A stretch of 20,000 nt of DNA from an uncultured virus (IMG/VR IMGVR_UViG_3300005526_000008) (IMGVR_UViG_3300005526_000008:55330-75329); one strand, 5' to 3'. Shown: positions 9,001-17,169, counted from the stretch's first letter. Numbers and translations are program-made. The notes: a model not told the origin generated them from the letters alone.

Positions 9001-12000
9001 CACAACGGTCCCGTGAAAGCGGATTTTCCGTCGGAATGATTGCTGTAGTGGACTCCGTTTTCGTCGAGCTCTTCCCAGCCTATGTAGAACATGCTGACGG
9101 GGCCCCATATGCCCTCGCCCACCAGTTGCTTGAGGTAAAAGCTGAATAGCCATCCCTGGTCGTAGCCTGCCGGGATGGCTGTGTTGGTTTCGAAATAATA
9201 AAAGTCCGAGCTGTAGTGTACCCCGTCGGTGGTGCCGAAGATGCGGACGTCGATGTAGGGGATGCCGTCTTCGTAACCCGTGCCGAGGATGGTTAAGCTC
9301 AGTCCCACGCTCGCGGCTGCGGCGCTCCAGTCCGAGAAGTAGGTCGGGACGGTGCCCGGAGTGCCCGCGACCGCGCCCTCGAAGCGTGGGTTGCGGATGT
9401 AGTTCGCCTGGCCGCCAAGACCGGCGATGGAAGTGACTGCCGACTGTCGAAGAAAAACGTTGACTGGGCTGAAGGTTGTGGTGGCAGCGATGGTGGCAAA
9501 AGCATCGTAGGCAATATGTCCTGCCGGATTTCGGACCAGCGCTTCGCAGACGACGCGGCCAACTCCACCCATAGCCACGTTCGTCTGGATCTTGACGTTG
9601 TCACGGATTTCAATCGCGCGCGACGTGACCGCGAGAACACCGACCGGCGGCAGGATCAGACCGGAAGCAGATGGTCCCAACTCGAGTTGCGGGCCACCGA
9701 TCCGAATGATGATGTCAACCGGAACGCCCAGACTGGTAAAGTATATTTTCCAATACGGACGAATGTAGGTGGCGAGAGCGGTGGTAGGATTAGCGTAGCT
9801 GTATCTTTGGCTTGACAAAGGCGCCGACGTCGGCACTTGCCCGGTATCGAAATCTCCGATTATATCAGCAAATTTACTACTATATTCTGTCCAGCCAACG
9901 GCAAGAGACGCAACATTGGAGGTGCTGCCTCCAACCAGTCTGACGTAGATGCTGCTTGACCAGGTTTTCCTCGGGGGTACCGGGATGGTGTCGTAGTCTT
10001 CGAAATAATGCGGATAGTAGGCCGTGCTCCCCGCCACCGTACCAACAAGATGAATGTCGATGTAGGGAATGCCGTCTTCGTAGCCGACGCCGGCAATAGT
10101 TTCGAACAGGCCGGACGGTGGGTTTCCCCACCCGGTCCAGTAGGTCGGCGGCGATCCTTCACTGGTGGAGGGATCGCCCGCCCTTCCGCCTTCCCCGCGC
10201 GGATTGCGAATGACGTTGGTCCGGCCGCTAACGCCCGCAGTCGTCGAGGCTGTGTAGACCGGGTGAAAATCCCAGGCCCTGACATTGCCCAAGCCACCGA
10301 TAGTGCTGACAGTTCGCGCTCTCAGAACAGCGCTATCGCTAACCGCACCCAGGCCGGCGATCGTGCTGGCGGCAACTTGGCGTTGAACCGCGGCAACACT
10401 GACCACAGCAACGCCGGCGCTCGTGCTGGCTGCATAGACAATGCGCCGCGCATCGACCGCAACATTGCCGGCAGCAGCGATTGTGCTGACCGCAACCTGG
10501 CGCTGAACGGCACTGACCGCGACGTTGCCGGCAGCCACGATCGTCGTGGCGCCGGTCCACTGGGTGCCCGCACCGGCCACCCGGGTCGCGTCGACCGCGA
10601 TGGTGCCGACGCCGCCGATCGTCACTGCCGCAACGGCCTGCAACCTGGGGTAGATCTCGATCGCGCGTGTGATTATCGCTGGAGCACCGACCGGCGGCAG
10701 GATATTGCCGGTGGTTTCGACGTTCTCCAGTTGTGGCCAACCAATGCGCAGCGTGAAGTCAAGCGCGGCTCCGCTTATCTTGGTATCGACATAGATATAT
10801 TGACGCATGTAGTCGGCGCCGGCTGTCGTGGTGGCGTTGTTCGCCACCGACACGTAGCGGGTGCCCAATCCGCCTGGTTGCACCAGGGTCGAAGGGGTGA
10901 AGTAGGTGTCAGTAATCCAATCGACTTGCCCGCCGCTATTGGCGTAGCTCTGCATCGACACCCAGAGGTAATCGATGAACGACGCATCGCCGGGGATAAT
11001 GCGCATGTAGAACGACGACGCCCAGGTCGAGGTTCTTGGGACCGGTGTCGCATCGCCATCCTGGGCAGGCTGTATGGTGATCTCACCGCCGCCGGGCGTG
11101 GACCCGGTGAAGCGAACGTCGATGTAGTCGATGCCATTCTCGACCCCGGTCCCGACGATCTGCTGGGTAAGACCGGCGTTGTTTACTATCTGTCTCCAGT
11201 AGGTCGGAATGGAGCCCGGCGTTCCGGCAACCGCGCCTTCCGCGCGTGGGTTACGGATATAGTTGGTTCTGCCGCTGACGCCGGCGATGGTGGCTGCAGC
11301 AGTCACCGTGCCGGTGTGCACCGTGGCGTACGCCTTGACGTAGCCGGTGCCGCCCGGGGTGGAGGGCCAAACCGTGTAACCCGAGGGCGGAGTGTTGGCG
11401 AAGGAGCCCAGGCCCATCTCGACCGTGGCGCTGATACCGGAATTCACCCCCAGTTGGGTCACTATGAAAAGCGGCGTGACCGGCACCAGGCCGCTGATGT
11501 CCAGGCCGGTCGACGGCGTGGTCGGACTGTTCGAGGCGTTGTCGTTCCAGTTGCCGCTCGGGAGCTGACGGAACCAAATCCGCTTATTGTCCATGTCGAG
11601 CGCCATGGCGATCGACGCGGTCGACCAGGAGAACAGTATTCCCGTGTTAGAGCCGTTCAGCAGCACTCCCATGCCGGGTACGGCTATGCAGCAGTGGGTA
11701 CTCGGGGAATAGACCTCGAAATAGGTGGTGAGGGCCGTCGTGGCGACGCCAAAGCTACTGTTCCCGTCGAAGCCGCTGCCCGGCGTGAATTCGGCGTAGA
11801 ACTTGCCGCTGCTGACGACGGAGTTGCCCTTGGCGCCGTCGAAACCGCCGGCAGTTTTCGTGATCGTGCGGTTGTTGTTCGTGAACAGCGTCGTGGCCGG
11901 CGCGTCCGGGGACAGCGGGTTCCACGACGGCAGCGTGCCGATCGTGACGGCGCCGGTGTAGGTGGTTCCGGCCGTGCCCGCCACGACTGTCGCATCGGCC

Positions 12001-15000
12001 GCGACGGCGCCGAGGCCCGCGATCGTCGATTTCGCGACCGCGCTGACACGCTCGCGGATCTCGATGGCACGCGACGAGATGCCCGGTGTGCCGATCGGCG
12101 GCAGGATCAGGCCGGAGACGTTACTCCCTAGTTCAAATTGCGGAGCGCCGATCCTAAAAGTGATGTCGATAGCAACACCACTTCCGGTAACACCAAATCC
12201 CCAAAATGGAGAAACATAGTAGGTATTGCGATCCAGATTTTGGCCGGGCCCGACAACCAACTGACGTTGGCTTATGAGGGGCGCCGTGGTCGGGTCGAAG
12301 GGAGCGCCGTTGTTGTGGACCGCAACCGCAGTGCCGGCGGCATTAAATTCACGCCAGCCAGCTTGGACCCCGGTGGTGTTGACCGTGCTGCCGCCAACTA
12401 AGCGGTGGTAGAAACTCAACCACCACGTGTCGGCAAATCCGCTGGGAATGCCCGCCGTCCCAGTGGGCTCGAAGTAAGCGGTGGTGAAGAAACCAGCGAC
12501 GTTAGTCGTGCCGGCGTAGCGGACATCAATGTAGGGAATGCCGTCTTCGGTGCCGATACCGATGATGCTGAACGTCAGGCCTAAATTGTCGCCCCATCCG
12601 TTCCAGAAAGTAGGAGCGGTGCCTGGCGTGCCAGCGACAGCGCCCTCGGCGCGGGGGTTGCGGATCGAATTGGTCCGACCGCTGACGCCAGCAAGAGTTG
12701 CATTGGCGGTATAGACAGCAGGGCCTATCCGCGTCGCATCGACCGCGACGGCGCCGACGCCGGCAATAGAAACGGCGGCGGCCAGGTTCTGGCTGAGCCT
12801 GCCCTGGGTGGCCGCACCCCAGTTTTCTACTGCGATTACATTCTCGCGAGCGGTTCCCAACGTCGGAGAGTAGGTTTGCTGGGTGGTGTCTTGAATGTAT
12901 TTCCACGCTCCGTTGAGAGTGGCATTCGTGTTCGCGACGCCGCCGGTATTGCCGACACGAGTAAGCGGCGGAGTAGTCCAATTATGGGTGGTGTCGTTAG
13001 TGAACGTCTCGACAACGTCGCCGGCGACGGCACTCACCCCTATCAACACGCCATAAGCCAAACTAGGGTTAAAATTCCGGCTCGGATTAGTAATGGCGGT
13101 ATTTTGAGTAAATGAGCTTTGAGGCGTCGGAAGCACGCTCCGTTGCAATCCGGTCGCATAAAAGATCGAAATGGCGGCGGTTAGAGCGGTTCCAACAATA
13201 GGGATCGTAATGGTTTGGCCGGCGCTTAGCGCCAGGCAGTTGGGACAGTAAGCTCTGGTTACACCGAATGAGGGTGTAGTAAGGATCCAGTTTCCGGGGA
13301 CCTGGGTGTAAACATTCCCTGCCGAATCAGTAGGGGGGCTGTTGAAACTGGCACCGCCGGAAGCCGTGACTGACGCGCTGTATATTACGATCAAGGAGCC
13401 GGCCGGCACGTTAGCCGTTAAGGTGACCGGCGTTGCGCCGCCGCCCGTTTTTTGCTGTGCCGTGCCGATCGCGAAGACCTGGGGTATATTATCCGGCGTG
13501 TCGAACTGCCCTTGTCCGGCAATCGTCGTTGCCGCCGTGACCCCCGCGGCCGCCGACCAGTTCGCGGTCGCTATGGTACAGGCGGACTGGTAAAAGACCA
13601 CTGCGCAGGAATTGGACGTGCCCGCGGTGGTCTCGTTCCACTCGACCTGGAAGAACAGGTATTCGCCATCCAGGATGATGGTCGGCGCGTTCCAGGTGAT
13701 GGTGGACGTGTAGGTCGTCGCAGTCGCTATCATCGACACGGTCGAGCCGGTCAGAGCGCCGCTGGTCAGCTCTCGCGCGTTGACGCCGTTCGAAGCGGGG
13801 CCGGCCCAGATCCGGCAGCGCATATTCCCCACGACCGTTGCCGCGAGGGTTCGCATGCCGAAATTGAGCGTCCAGTTGCCGGCGCCAAACGTACCGGCAT
13901 AGCGCACGGGCGAACGGAACGCATCGCCCGAGGTGGTGATGGTGGCGCCGGTGCCGGCGTTCGGATCAACGGCAAAGTCGAGATTGCTCGTCGCGGACGC
14001 AACTGTGGCGGTGGCGGTGGCGCCAATTCGAGCGCGCCAGAAAGGCGTGGTGGTGGCAGTTTTGGCAGTCGTCCATCCGAACGCGCTAGCTGCGGCAGTG
14101 GGTGCGGTGCCGCCGTCCTGCATCACGCCAAACCAGTCCGGCGTGGTGGCCGCCGTGTTCAGCATGTAGAGGGTCTTGGGCGAGCCCGCGCCGGGAACCG
14201 GCCGCAAGACCGGCGCTATCAGGGCAGGCGGCTGTCGCGCGCGCGGCGGCTGGCGGACAAGGCGAGCCTCCGCAATGTAGTCGAAGAAGGCCGCAGACGA
14301 CGCAGGGGTTTCATAGGGGCCGACGTCCCACGCGCTGCCTTGCGGCCGCGTCGTGCCATAGATGTCTGTGGCGCTGGGGATGTGGACGGTGTCGGTGTAG
14401 CCCGTGTTGAGCGCGTCGGCTCCCGCCTTCAGTTTGAAGTCGGTGCCAATGCCTACGAACTGGTTTGCCGCCGTCTTGCTGAACAGCGTCCCGGTATCGG
14501 TCCATCCTGACGGATAGCTGGTCCAGTTCACGACGTTGTTGCGCGCGACGCCCGAGGTCAGGTTGGCATTACCGATGCCGCCCCACCCCATGATTATGCA
14601 ATTCGTGACCGTCGTGGTGCCGGAGTAGTTGCGGTGGATGGCATCGAAACCGGCTTGTGAGTTCAGCGCGATCATCACGCAGTTGGTGAAGCTGCAGCTA
14701 TTGTTTTGGCCGTTCCATATCGGGCTGCCTGACCCTGCCACCGATTCGTCGATGAACACGCAGTTGACATGATCGACCGATGAGCTTCCGCCAGCCCCGA
14801 TGATGCCGTTGTTGGCCTGCTCGAAATTTTCCCCGCGCACAACCATCCGGCTGACCGTCGTGGTGCCGCTGCTGCCGTTTTTTCCCAGGGCCAGACTGGC
14901 ATTCTGATGGATCGCGCCTGGCGCTCGAACAAGCTGCAGGCCGTCCAGAAGCCCATAATCCTCTTGGAGGATAATATTGTAACTATAGTTGCCTGATCGG

Positions 15001-15446
15001 GATATCTGCACGCCATAGCTTGCGCTGGGGATTAGCGGGTTGGTGGCGCGGTTCGGATTGTCGGCGAAACTTTCACCCGGCGCGCATTTCAGGGAGATGA
15101 TGTTGGCGGCGGTTGTCGTGTGCCCCGTAATCGACACATACGTGGTGCGAACAATGTCGCCGTTGTTCCAGATCAAGCCTTCGTATGCCTGCGCCAGCGT
15201 GCCGGGGATCGACGTGACCCACGCATCGATGGTGGAATAGTCCGAAGCCCCGTAGGTCGAGAGCCATTTGAAGACGGCAACGCCGCCGTTGTTGATCCCG
15301 GTTCCGGTGCCGGTAGGGGCAGCGGTCGATGATCCTGCCGTGGTGCATCGGTAGGCGTTGCCGGCATTCGAGCATGCTTCGTTTAGCGCGAAGCTGTGGT
15401 TGCTCCAGGCTGCCAGGCCGGTGTGGATGTTACTGGTGACGGTCAA
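6063..15446 (-). CDS. Giant modular fibre/adhesin-like virion protein (3127 aa)
   Basis: One uninterrupted Ala/Gly/Thr/Val/Ser-rich ORF with a TTGA-coupled start and no signal peptide. N-terminal beta-helix-like region ends in a choice-of-anchor-Q-like motif (DFKLKAGADALNTG..DIYGTTRPQGSAWDVGPYE). Then several beta-sandwich domains, four homologous ~215-aa modules, a SPRY-like domain and 20-aa stalk repeats. Confidence 0.9.
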   Translation of the reverse strand: MTVTSNIHTGLAAWSNHSFALNEACSNAGNAYRCTTAGSSTAAPTGTGTGINNGGVAVFKWLSTYGASDYSTIDAWVTSIPGTLAQAYEGLIWNNGDIVRTTYVSITGHTTTAANIISLKCAPGESFADNPNRATNPLIPSASYGVQISRSGNYSYNIILQEDYGLLDGLQLVRAPGAIHQNASLALGKNGSSGTTTVSRMVVRGENFEQANNGIIGAGGSSSVDHVNCVFIDESVAGSGSPIWNGQNNSCSFTNCVMIALNSQAGFDAIHRNYSGTTTVTNCIIMGWGGIGNANLTSGVARNNVVNWTSYPSGWTDTGTLFSKTAANQFVGIGTDFKLKAGADALNTGYTDTVHIPSATDIYGTTRPQGSAWDVGPYETPASSAAFFDYIAEARLVRQPPRARQPPALIAPVLRPVPGAGSPKTLYMLNTAATTPDWFGVMQDGGTAPTAAASAFGWTTAKTATTTPFWRARIGATATATVASATSNLDFAVDPNAGTGATITTSGDAFRSPVRYAGTFGAGNWTLNFGMRTLAATVVGNMRCRIWAGPASNGVNARELTSGALTGSTVSMIATATTYTSTITWNAPTIILDGEYLFFQVEWNETTAGTSNSCAVVFYQSACTIATANWSAAAGVTAATTIAGQGQFDTPDNIPQVFAIGTAQQKTGGGATPVTLTANVPAGSLIVIYSASVTASGGASFNSPPTDSAGNVYTQVPGNWILTTPSFGVTRAYCPNCLALSAGQTITIPIVGTALTAAISIFYATGLQRSVLPTPQSSFTQNTAITNPSRNFNPSLAYGVLIGVSAVAGDVVETFTNDTTHNWTTPPLTRVGNTGGVANTNATLNGAWKYIQDTTQQTYSPTLGTARENVIAVENWGAATQGRLSQNLAAAVSIAGVGAVAVDATRIGPAVYTANATLAGVSGRTNSIRNPRAEGAVAGTPGTAPTFWNGWGDNLGLTFSIIGIGTEDGIPYIDVRYAGTTNVAGFFTTAYFEPTGTAGIPSGFADTWWLSFYHRLVGGSTVNTTGVQAGWREFNAAGTAVAVHNNGAPFDPTTAPLISQRQLVVGPGQNLDRNTYYVSPFWGFGVTGSGVAIDITFRIGAPQFELGSNVSGLILPPIGTPGISSRAIEIRERVSAVAKSTIAGLGAVAADATVVAGTAGTTYTGAVTIGTLPSWNPLSPDAPATTLFTNNNRTITKTAGGFDGAKGNSVVSSGKFYAEFTPGSGFDGNSSFGVATTALTTYFEVYSPSTHCCIAVPGMGVLLNGSNTGILFSWSTASIAMALDMDNKRIWFRQLPSGNWNDNASNSPTTPSTGLDISGLVPVTPLFIVTQLGVNSGISATVEMGLGSFANTPPSGYTVWPSTPGGTGYVKAYATVHTGTVTAAATIAGVSGRTNYIRNPRAEGAVAGTPGSIPTYWRQIVNNAGLTQQIVGTGVENGIDYIDVRFTGSTPGGGEITIQPAQDGDATPVPRTSTWASSFYMRIIPGDASFIDYLWVSMQSYANSGGQVDWITDTYFTPSTLVQPGGLGTRYVSVANNATTTAGADYMRQYIYVDTKISGAALDFTLRIGWPQLENVETTGNILPPVGAPAIITRAIEIYPRLQAVAAVTIGGVGTIAVDATRVAGAGTQWTGATTIVAAGNVAVSAVQRQVAVSTIAAAGNVAVDARRIVYAASTSAGVAVVSVAAVQRQVAASTIAGLGAVSDSAVLRARTVSTIGGLGNVRAWDFHPVYTASTTAGVSGRTNVIRNPRGEGGRAGDPSTSEGSPPTYWTGWGNPPSGLFETIAGVGYEDGIPYIDIHLVGTVAGSTAYYPHYFEDYDTIPVPPRKTWSSSIYVRLVGGSTSNVASLAVGWTEYSSKFADIIGDFDTGQVPTSAPLSSQRYSYANPTTALATYIRPYWKIYFTSLGVPVDIIIRIGGPQLELGPSASGLILPPVGVLAVTSRAIEIRDNVKIQTNVAMGGVGRVVCEALVRNPAGHIAYDAFATIAATTTFSPVNVFLRQSAVTSIAGLGGQANYIRNPRFEGAVAGTPGTVPTYFSDWSAAAASVGLSLTILGTGYEDGIPYIDVRIFGTTDGVHYSSDFYYFETNTAIPAGYDQGWLFSFYLKQLVGEGIWGPVSMFYIGWEELDENGVHYSNHSDGKSAFTGPLWDCRHDISDTNTFSDVRFIRPYWGFGLDSAAAVPFDNTLRIGAPQLELGYSEDGPSDLILPPVGAPAVSFRAIQIRERVTMVAAVTIAGAGNVAAILAPDWVSPGAQIHIDFIGGSPQGRAWVQGVGVVGINTLVGNDPLADAGWTTTGYNSAELTPDGYLPTMSAAFIGEARNLLLTATTVRTVHTQTGQNISGSSTGCVVLSVFSPSGDNGVEIDLTPFAPGASSHLDVSTWGGPAYGDILGAANSAVGAINVTAYTVTANRLEADINGYSTPIALTLIDADRPTADSFKAAIFDHRPIQGGYVAVRSIQFYAPLPTAAGLIPLSALPATIEPVASMAATGNVAVSARQVSYGATTIAGVASIAVDATKVAPAGTVWTAAVTIAAIGNVAASAVQRQVAASTSAGIGSVAINAIRAQPAASTSAGLGAVGVAAIQRMVAASTSAGVGTVGVAAGKLIYAATTIAGVGNVSAAAVTPEAAAAGIPGFGTVSVTAIQRQFATIAIAGVGAFGANSAGSQPGNVAIAGQAAVSVDAIARRFATIPIAGQGSVAVDAGKIVYAAATIGGVGSVAASAGKLIYATASIAGVGNVTADAQFVSGAVSYTAATTIAGVGSITASATLNLPAAIAIAATGSVAASAVLNLPAATTIAGLGAFAASAAAAGVQTATITIGGLGNVAVDARRSSPAIASIDSQGAVSVAAAQLQFAAVSVAGVGNVLGAGGEAQPAAASIVGVGAVSAAAGGIRPAAVATAAQGAVSAGSVLTQVTAVAVAGLGTVSIAAGVRQFATVSIGGVGTLLVNAIQQGRQEGTTAIAASATVSISTTQRMVAASAIAAQASVSIDAARITYGATSIAAQGSVAVDAYKAQFATIAIAGQGAVNVNATALRAAVVTIDAQASVTVRGNTRQVAATQIDGVGGGGFTAYAMCPVSAIIVGQGNVQIGSARTIFMGVDIAGAGHVAVSARTQALASQARVMMMA
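6096..8000 (-). repeat. About 31 tandem degenerate 20-aa (60-bp) coding repeats, consensus roughly AA(S/T)TIAGxGxVxVxAxxxxx
   Basis: Examples: AASTSAGIGSVAINAIRAQP / AASTSAGLGAVGVAAIQRMV / AASTSAGVGTVGVAAGKLIY. The 60-nt DNA period is visible (ctcgtgctggc recurs near 7669, 7729, 7789). Four units are 2-6 aa longer. Confidence 0.92.
8764..9423 (-). repeat. Fibre module copy 4 (~215 aa, CBM/jelly-roll-like)
   Basis: ANYIRNPRFEGAVAGTPGTVPTYF...GTGYEDGIPYIDVR...LRIGAPQLELG...LILPPVGAPAVSFRAIQIRERV; boundaries approximate. Confidence 0.88.
9592..10236 (-). repeat. Fibre module copy 3
   Basis: RTNVIRNPRGEGGRAG...PPTYW...GVGYEDGIPYIDIH...IRIGGPQLELG..LILPPVG..SRAIEIRDNV; boundaries approximate. 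Confidence 0.88.
10240..10635 (-). repeat. Internal block of ~6-7 stalk repeats (20 aa)
   Basis: GATTIVAAGNVAVSAVQRQV / AVSTIAAAGNVAVDARRIVY / AASTSAGVAVVSVAAVQRQV / AASTIAGLGAVSDSAVLRAR. Confidence 0.85.
10640..11283 (-). repeat. Fibre module copy 2
   Basis: RTNYIRNPRAEGAVAGTPGSIPTYW...GTGVENGIDYIDVR...LRIGWPQLEN..ILPPVGAPAIITRAIEIYPRL; boundaries approximate. Confidence 0.88.
11355..11930 (-). other. SPRY/B30.2-like (ConA-fold) domain inside the fibre
   Basis: FTNNNRTIT..SSGKFYAEF..FGVAT..IAMALDMDNKRIWFR..FANTPPSGYTVW follows the SPRY pattern seen in phage fibres. Confidence 0.75.
12046..12689 (-). repeat. Fibre module copy 1
   Basis: RTNSIRNPRAEGAVAGTPGTAPTFW...GIGTEDGIPYIDVR...FRIGAPQFELG..LILPPIG..SRAIEIRERV; boundaries approximate. 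Confidence 0.88.
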
Positions 15447-15856
15447 CCAATTATCTTTCCGCTATCACCGATCACCTTCGGATCGGGGAGCGGGGGCTTC
15501 TGTACTTTCAAGGCCAGCACTTCATCCAGGGGAACATTGGCGCCGGAACGCAAGACGCCGCCGGTGTAGCTGTCCACGTCCACCCTGAAGCCGCGAAATT
15601 GCAGGGTGTTGGTGGTGTCCCACCATTGGGCGTCCTCGTTCCCCGGCTGCGGCATTTCGGGCGATAAGAATGATTCCAGATCGGTCACGGTAGCATCGGG
15701 CACCACGACCACAACAAATGGGTCGGTTTGTTCGGCCAAGCTCCAGCCCCAGCCGTCAGGCTGCACCACGATCACGTCGCCACGCTGCGACAGCTTGCTG
15801 GTGTGCTCGATGTCAGCGCCTTGCCGGTCCTGCATCCAGAGCAGCATTTCCGCCAT
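15443..15856 (-). CDS. Hypothetical protein coupled to the giant fibre gene (possible fibre chaperone or tip partner)
   Basis: 137 aa from ATG 15856 (TGATG overlap): MAEMLLW..RGDVIVVQPDGWGWS. Its stop overlaps the fibre TTG start. Confidence 0.8.
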   Translation of the reverse strand: MAEMLLWMQDRQGADIEHTSKLSQRGDVIVVQPDGWGWSLAEQTDPFVVVVVPDATVTDLESFLSPEMPQPGNEDAQWWDTTNTLQFRGFRVDVDSYTGGVLRSGANVPLDEVLALKVQKPPLPDPKVIGDSGKIIG

Positions 15857-16173
15857 CACACGGTGGCCTCGCGCCACCCGTCCCATTCCTGCACCACCTC
15901 ACCCTGCGGGGTGCGGTGGCTGTAGACGCACCAGTATTCAGTGCCGTCCTCTAGCGCGGTGATCGCGTGCAACACGTCGCGACGAACAAGGAAGTGCGTC
16001 GGGGCATGGAAGTCACGCTCTATGACCGTGCCGTTGGGCAGCGTGGCCGAGACATGCACGGCGCCCTTAAAGACAATCGTTGTGTGATCAAAATTGTGGG
16101 TATGGCCGCCTGATGTAGCGCCTTTCGTCGGCTGGATTTTGCGAATGAAGACGTTGCCACTGACCCACTCCAT
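15856..16173 (-). CDS. Small cupin-domain protein
   Basis: 105 aa from ATG 16173. GHTHNFDHTTIVFKGAVHV...PTHFLVRRDVLHAITALED gives the two cupin metal motifs (HxHxxxH...H). Confidence 0.82.
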   Translation of the reverse strand: MEWVSGNVFIRKIQPTKGATSGGHTHNFDHTTIVFKGAVHVSATLPNGTVIERDFHAPTHFLVRRDVLHAITALEDGTEYWCVYSHRTPQGEVVQEWDGWREATV

Positions 16174-16174
16174 C

Positions 16175-16441
16175 TCACTCTCCCACCCCATACGACCGCA
16201 GCGCGTCAGCCCGCCGCTCCATGGCCTCGAGCCTGCGCTCGAACGGAGTACAGCCACCGAAACCAACGCAGTTCGGACAAATCAATCGCATGCACTGGTA
16301 GCACATGCCGCCAATCGCGGCCGGATCGGCCTTGGGCGGAACGTGGACAATGTGCTGGCAGTGGAAGCAGGTGAAAGTGTCCCGCTCCTTGGTGCCGTCA
16401 GGCCCGGTAATGACCGCGTAACCGCCCGGGCGTCGCATCAC
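16175..16441 (-). CDS. Cys-rich Zn-finger-like protein
   Basis: 88 aa. CFHC...CYQC..ICPNC....C followed by a helical tail (PFERRLEAMERR). Confidence 0.78.
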   Translation of the reverse strand: MMRRPGGYAVITGPDGTKERDTFTCFHCQHIVHVPPKADPAAIGGMCYQCMRLICPNCVGFGGCTPFERRLEAMERRADALRSYGVGE

Positions 16442-16912
16442 TCATTCCAGCCACATCACAGTGGCGAGGAAAGTCGAGGTGTAGACCGGACTGAGCGCGC
16501 GCGTGGCAATGCCGTTCAGGTTGGTCGCCGGAATAACCAACTCCTGCCCGAGCACCGCGACCCAGCGATAGGTCGCCCGCTGGTTGACCGCGACGGTCAG
16601 CATGGAACTGGTCGCCGTGATACCGGGCTCAGCAGTCGGGTTGGCGTAGGCAACCATCGTCGAGGCGGTATCGGCCGGTTCGGTCACCAGCGGTGTAACC
16701 GCGGCCCCGCCCGTGCCCGCCGTCGTCTGGCGTGAAACATCCCAGACCACGACGTTGTCGGCCGGCGTGCCATCTACCCCGAGGTTCAGTTCGTAGATGT
16801 GCGCCCGACGCAGGCCCGTCGTCTGTGCGCTCACCGACAGGCACGTCTTGTAGGTCGTCGTCATGACCTGCTGGGTGCCGCCCAGACGATTGTTGGCGCT
16901 ATATGAGGGCAT
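16442..16912 (-). CDS. Thr-rich beta-sandwich-like protein, probable virion structural subunit
   Basis: 156 aa, TAATG-coupled start, Thr/Ala/Val-rich alternating beta pattern. Function inferred from composition and context. Confidence 0.72.
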   Translation of the reverse strand: MPSYSANNRLGGTQQVMTTTYKTCLSVSAQTTGLRRAHIYELNLGVDGTPADNVVVWDVSRQTTAGTGGAAVTPLVTEPADTASTMVAYANPTAEPGITATSSMLTVAVNQRATYRWVAVLGQELVIPATNLNGIATRALSPVYTSTFLATVMWLE

Positions 16913-17169
16913 TAACCCTGTCCTTCCTCGACCCAGGCAAAGCTAAACGTGCACCGAGCATAGGCTTCAACGTGTATTGGGTGACTTGGCCAGAGCCTGC
17001 ACGCACCTTGCCAGTAGGCGTGATCGGTATCATGCACAGAACATAGCCGTTTGCCCTCCGGACCAGGGCGCAGACGGGGGCACATGCCGTCGACGGGGGC
17101 GGCTTCCCCCGGCGGCGAGCCGATACAACAGTCACCGCAGTGACAGCACTCACCTGACCGGACCCACAT
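16912..17169 (-). CDS. CxxCxxCC (YkgJ-like) cysteine-cluster Zn/Fe-chelating protein
   Basis: 85 aa from ATG 17169 (TGATG overlap): MWVRSGECCHCGDCC...MCPRL...LCSVH...ACRLWP...RCTFSF. Confidence 0.78.
   Translation of the reverse strand: MWVRSGECCHCGDCCIGSPPGEAAPVDGMCPRLRPGPEGKRLCSVHDTDHAYWQGACRLWPSHPIHVEAYARCTFSFAWVEEGQG

Noticed and set aside
10008..12131. 707-aa plus-strand ORF (and others at 5916-6947, 13452-14510)
   Set aside because: Antisense to the giant fibre gene; Arg/Gly-rich with no motifs.
8764..12689. Repeated modules as DGR template/variable repeats or shufflon cassettes
   Set aside because: Copies differ throughout, including indels, not only at adenines. All are direct and in frame. 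No reverse transcriptase, invertase or inverted crossover sites are in the window.
6063..15446. Giant protein as a host autotransporter, RTX or TPS adhesin
   Set aside because: No signal peptide, C-terminal beta-barrel, RTX nonapeptides or secretion genes; embedded in a phage operon.
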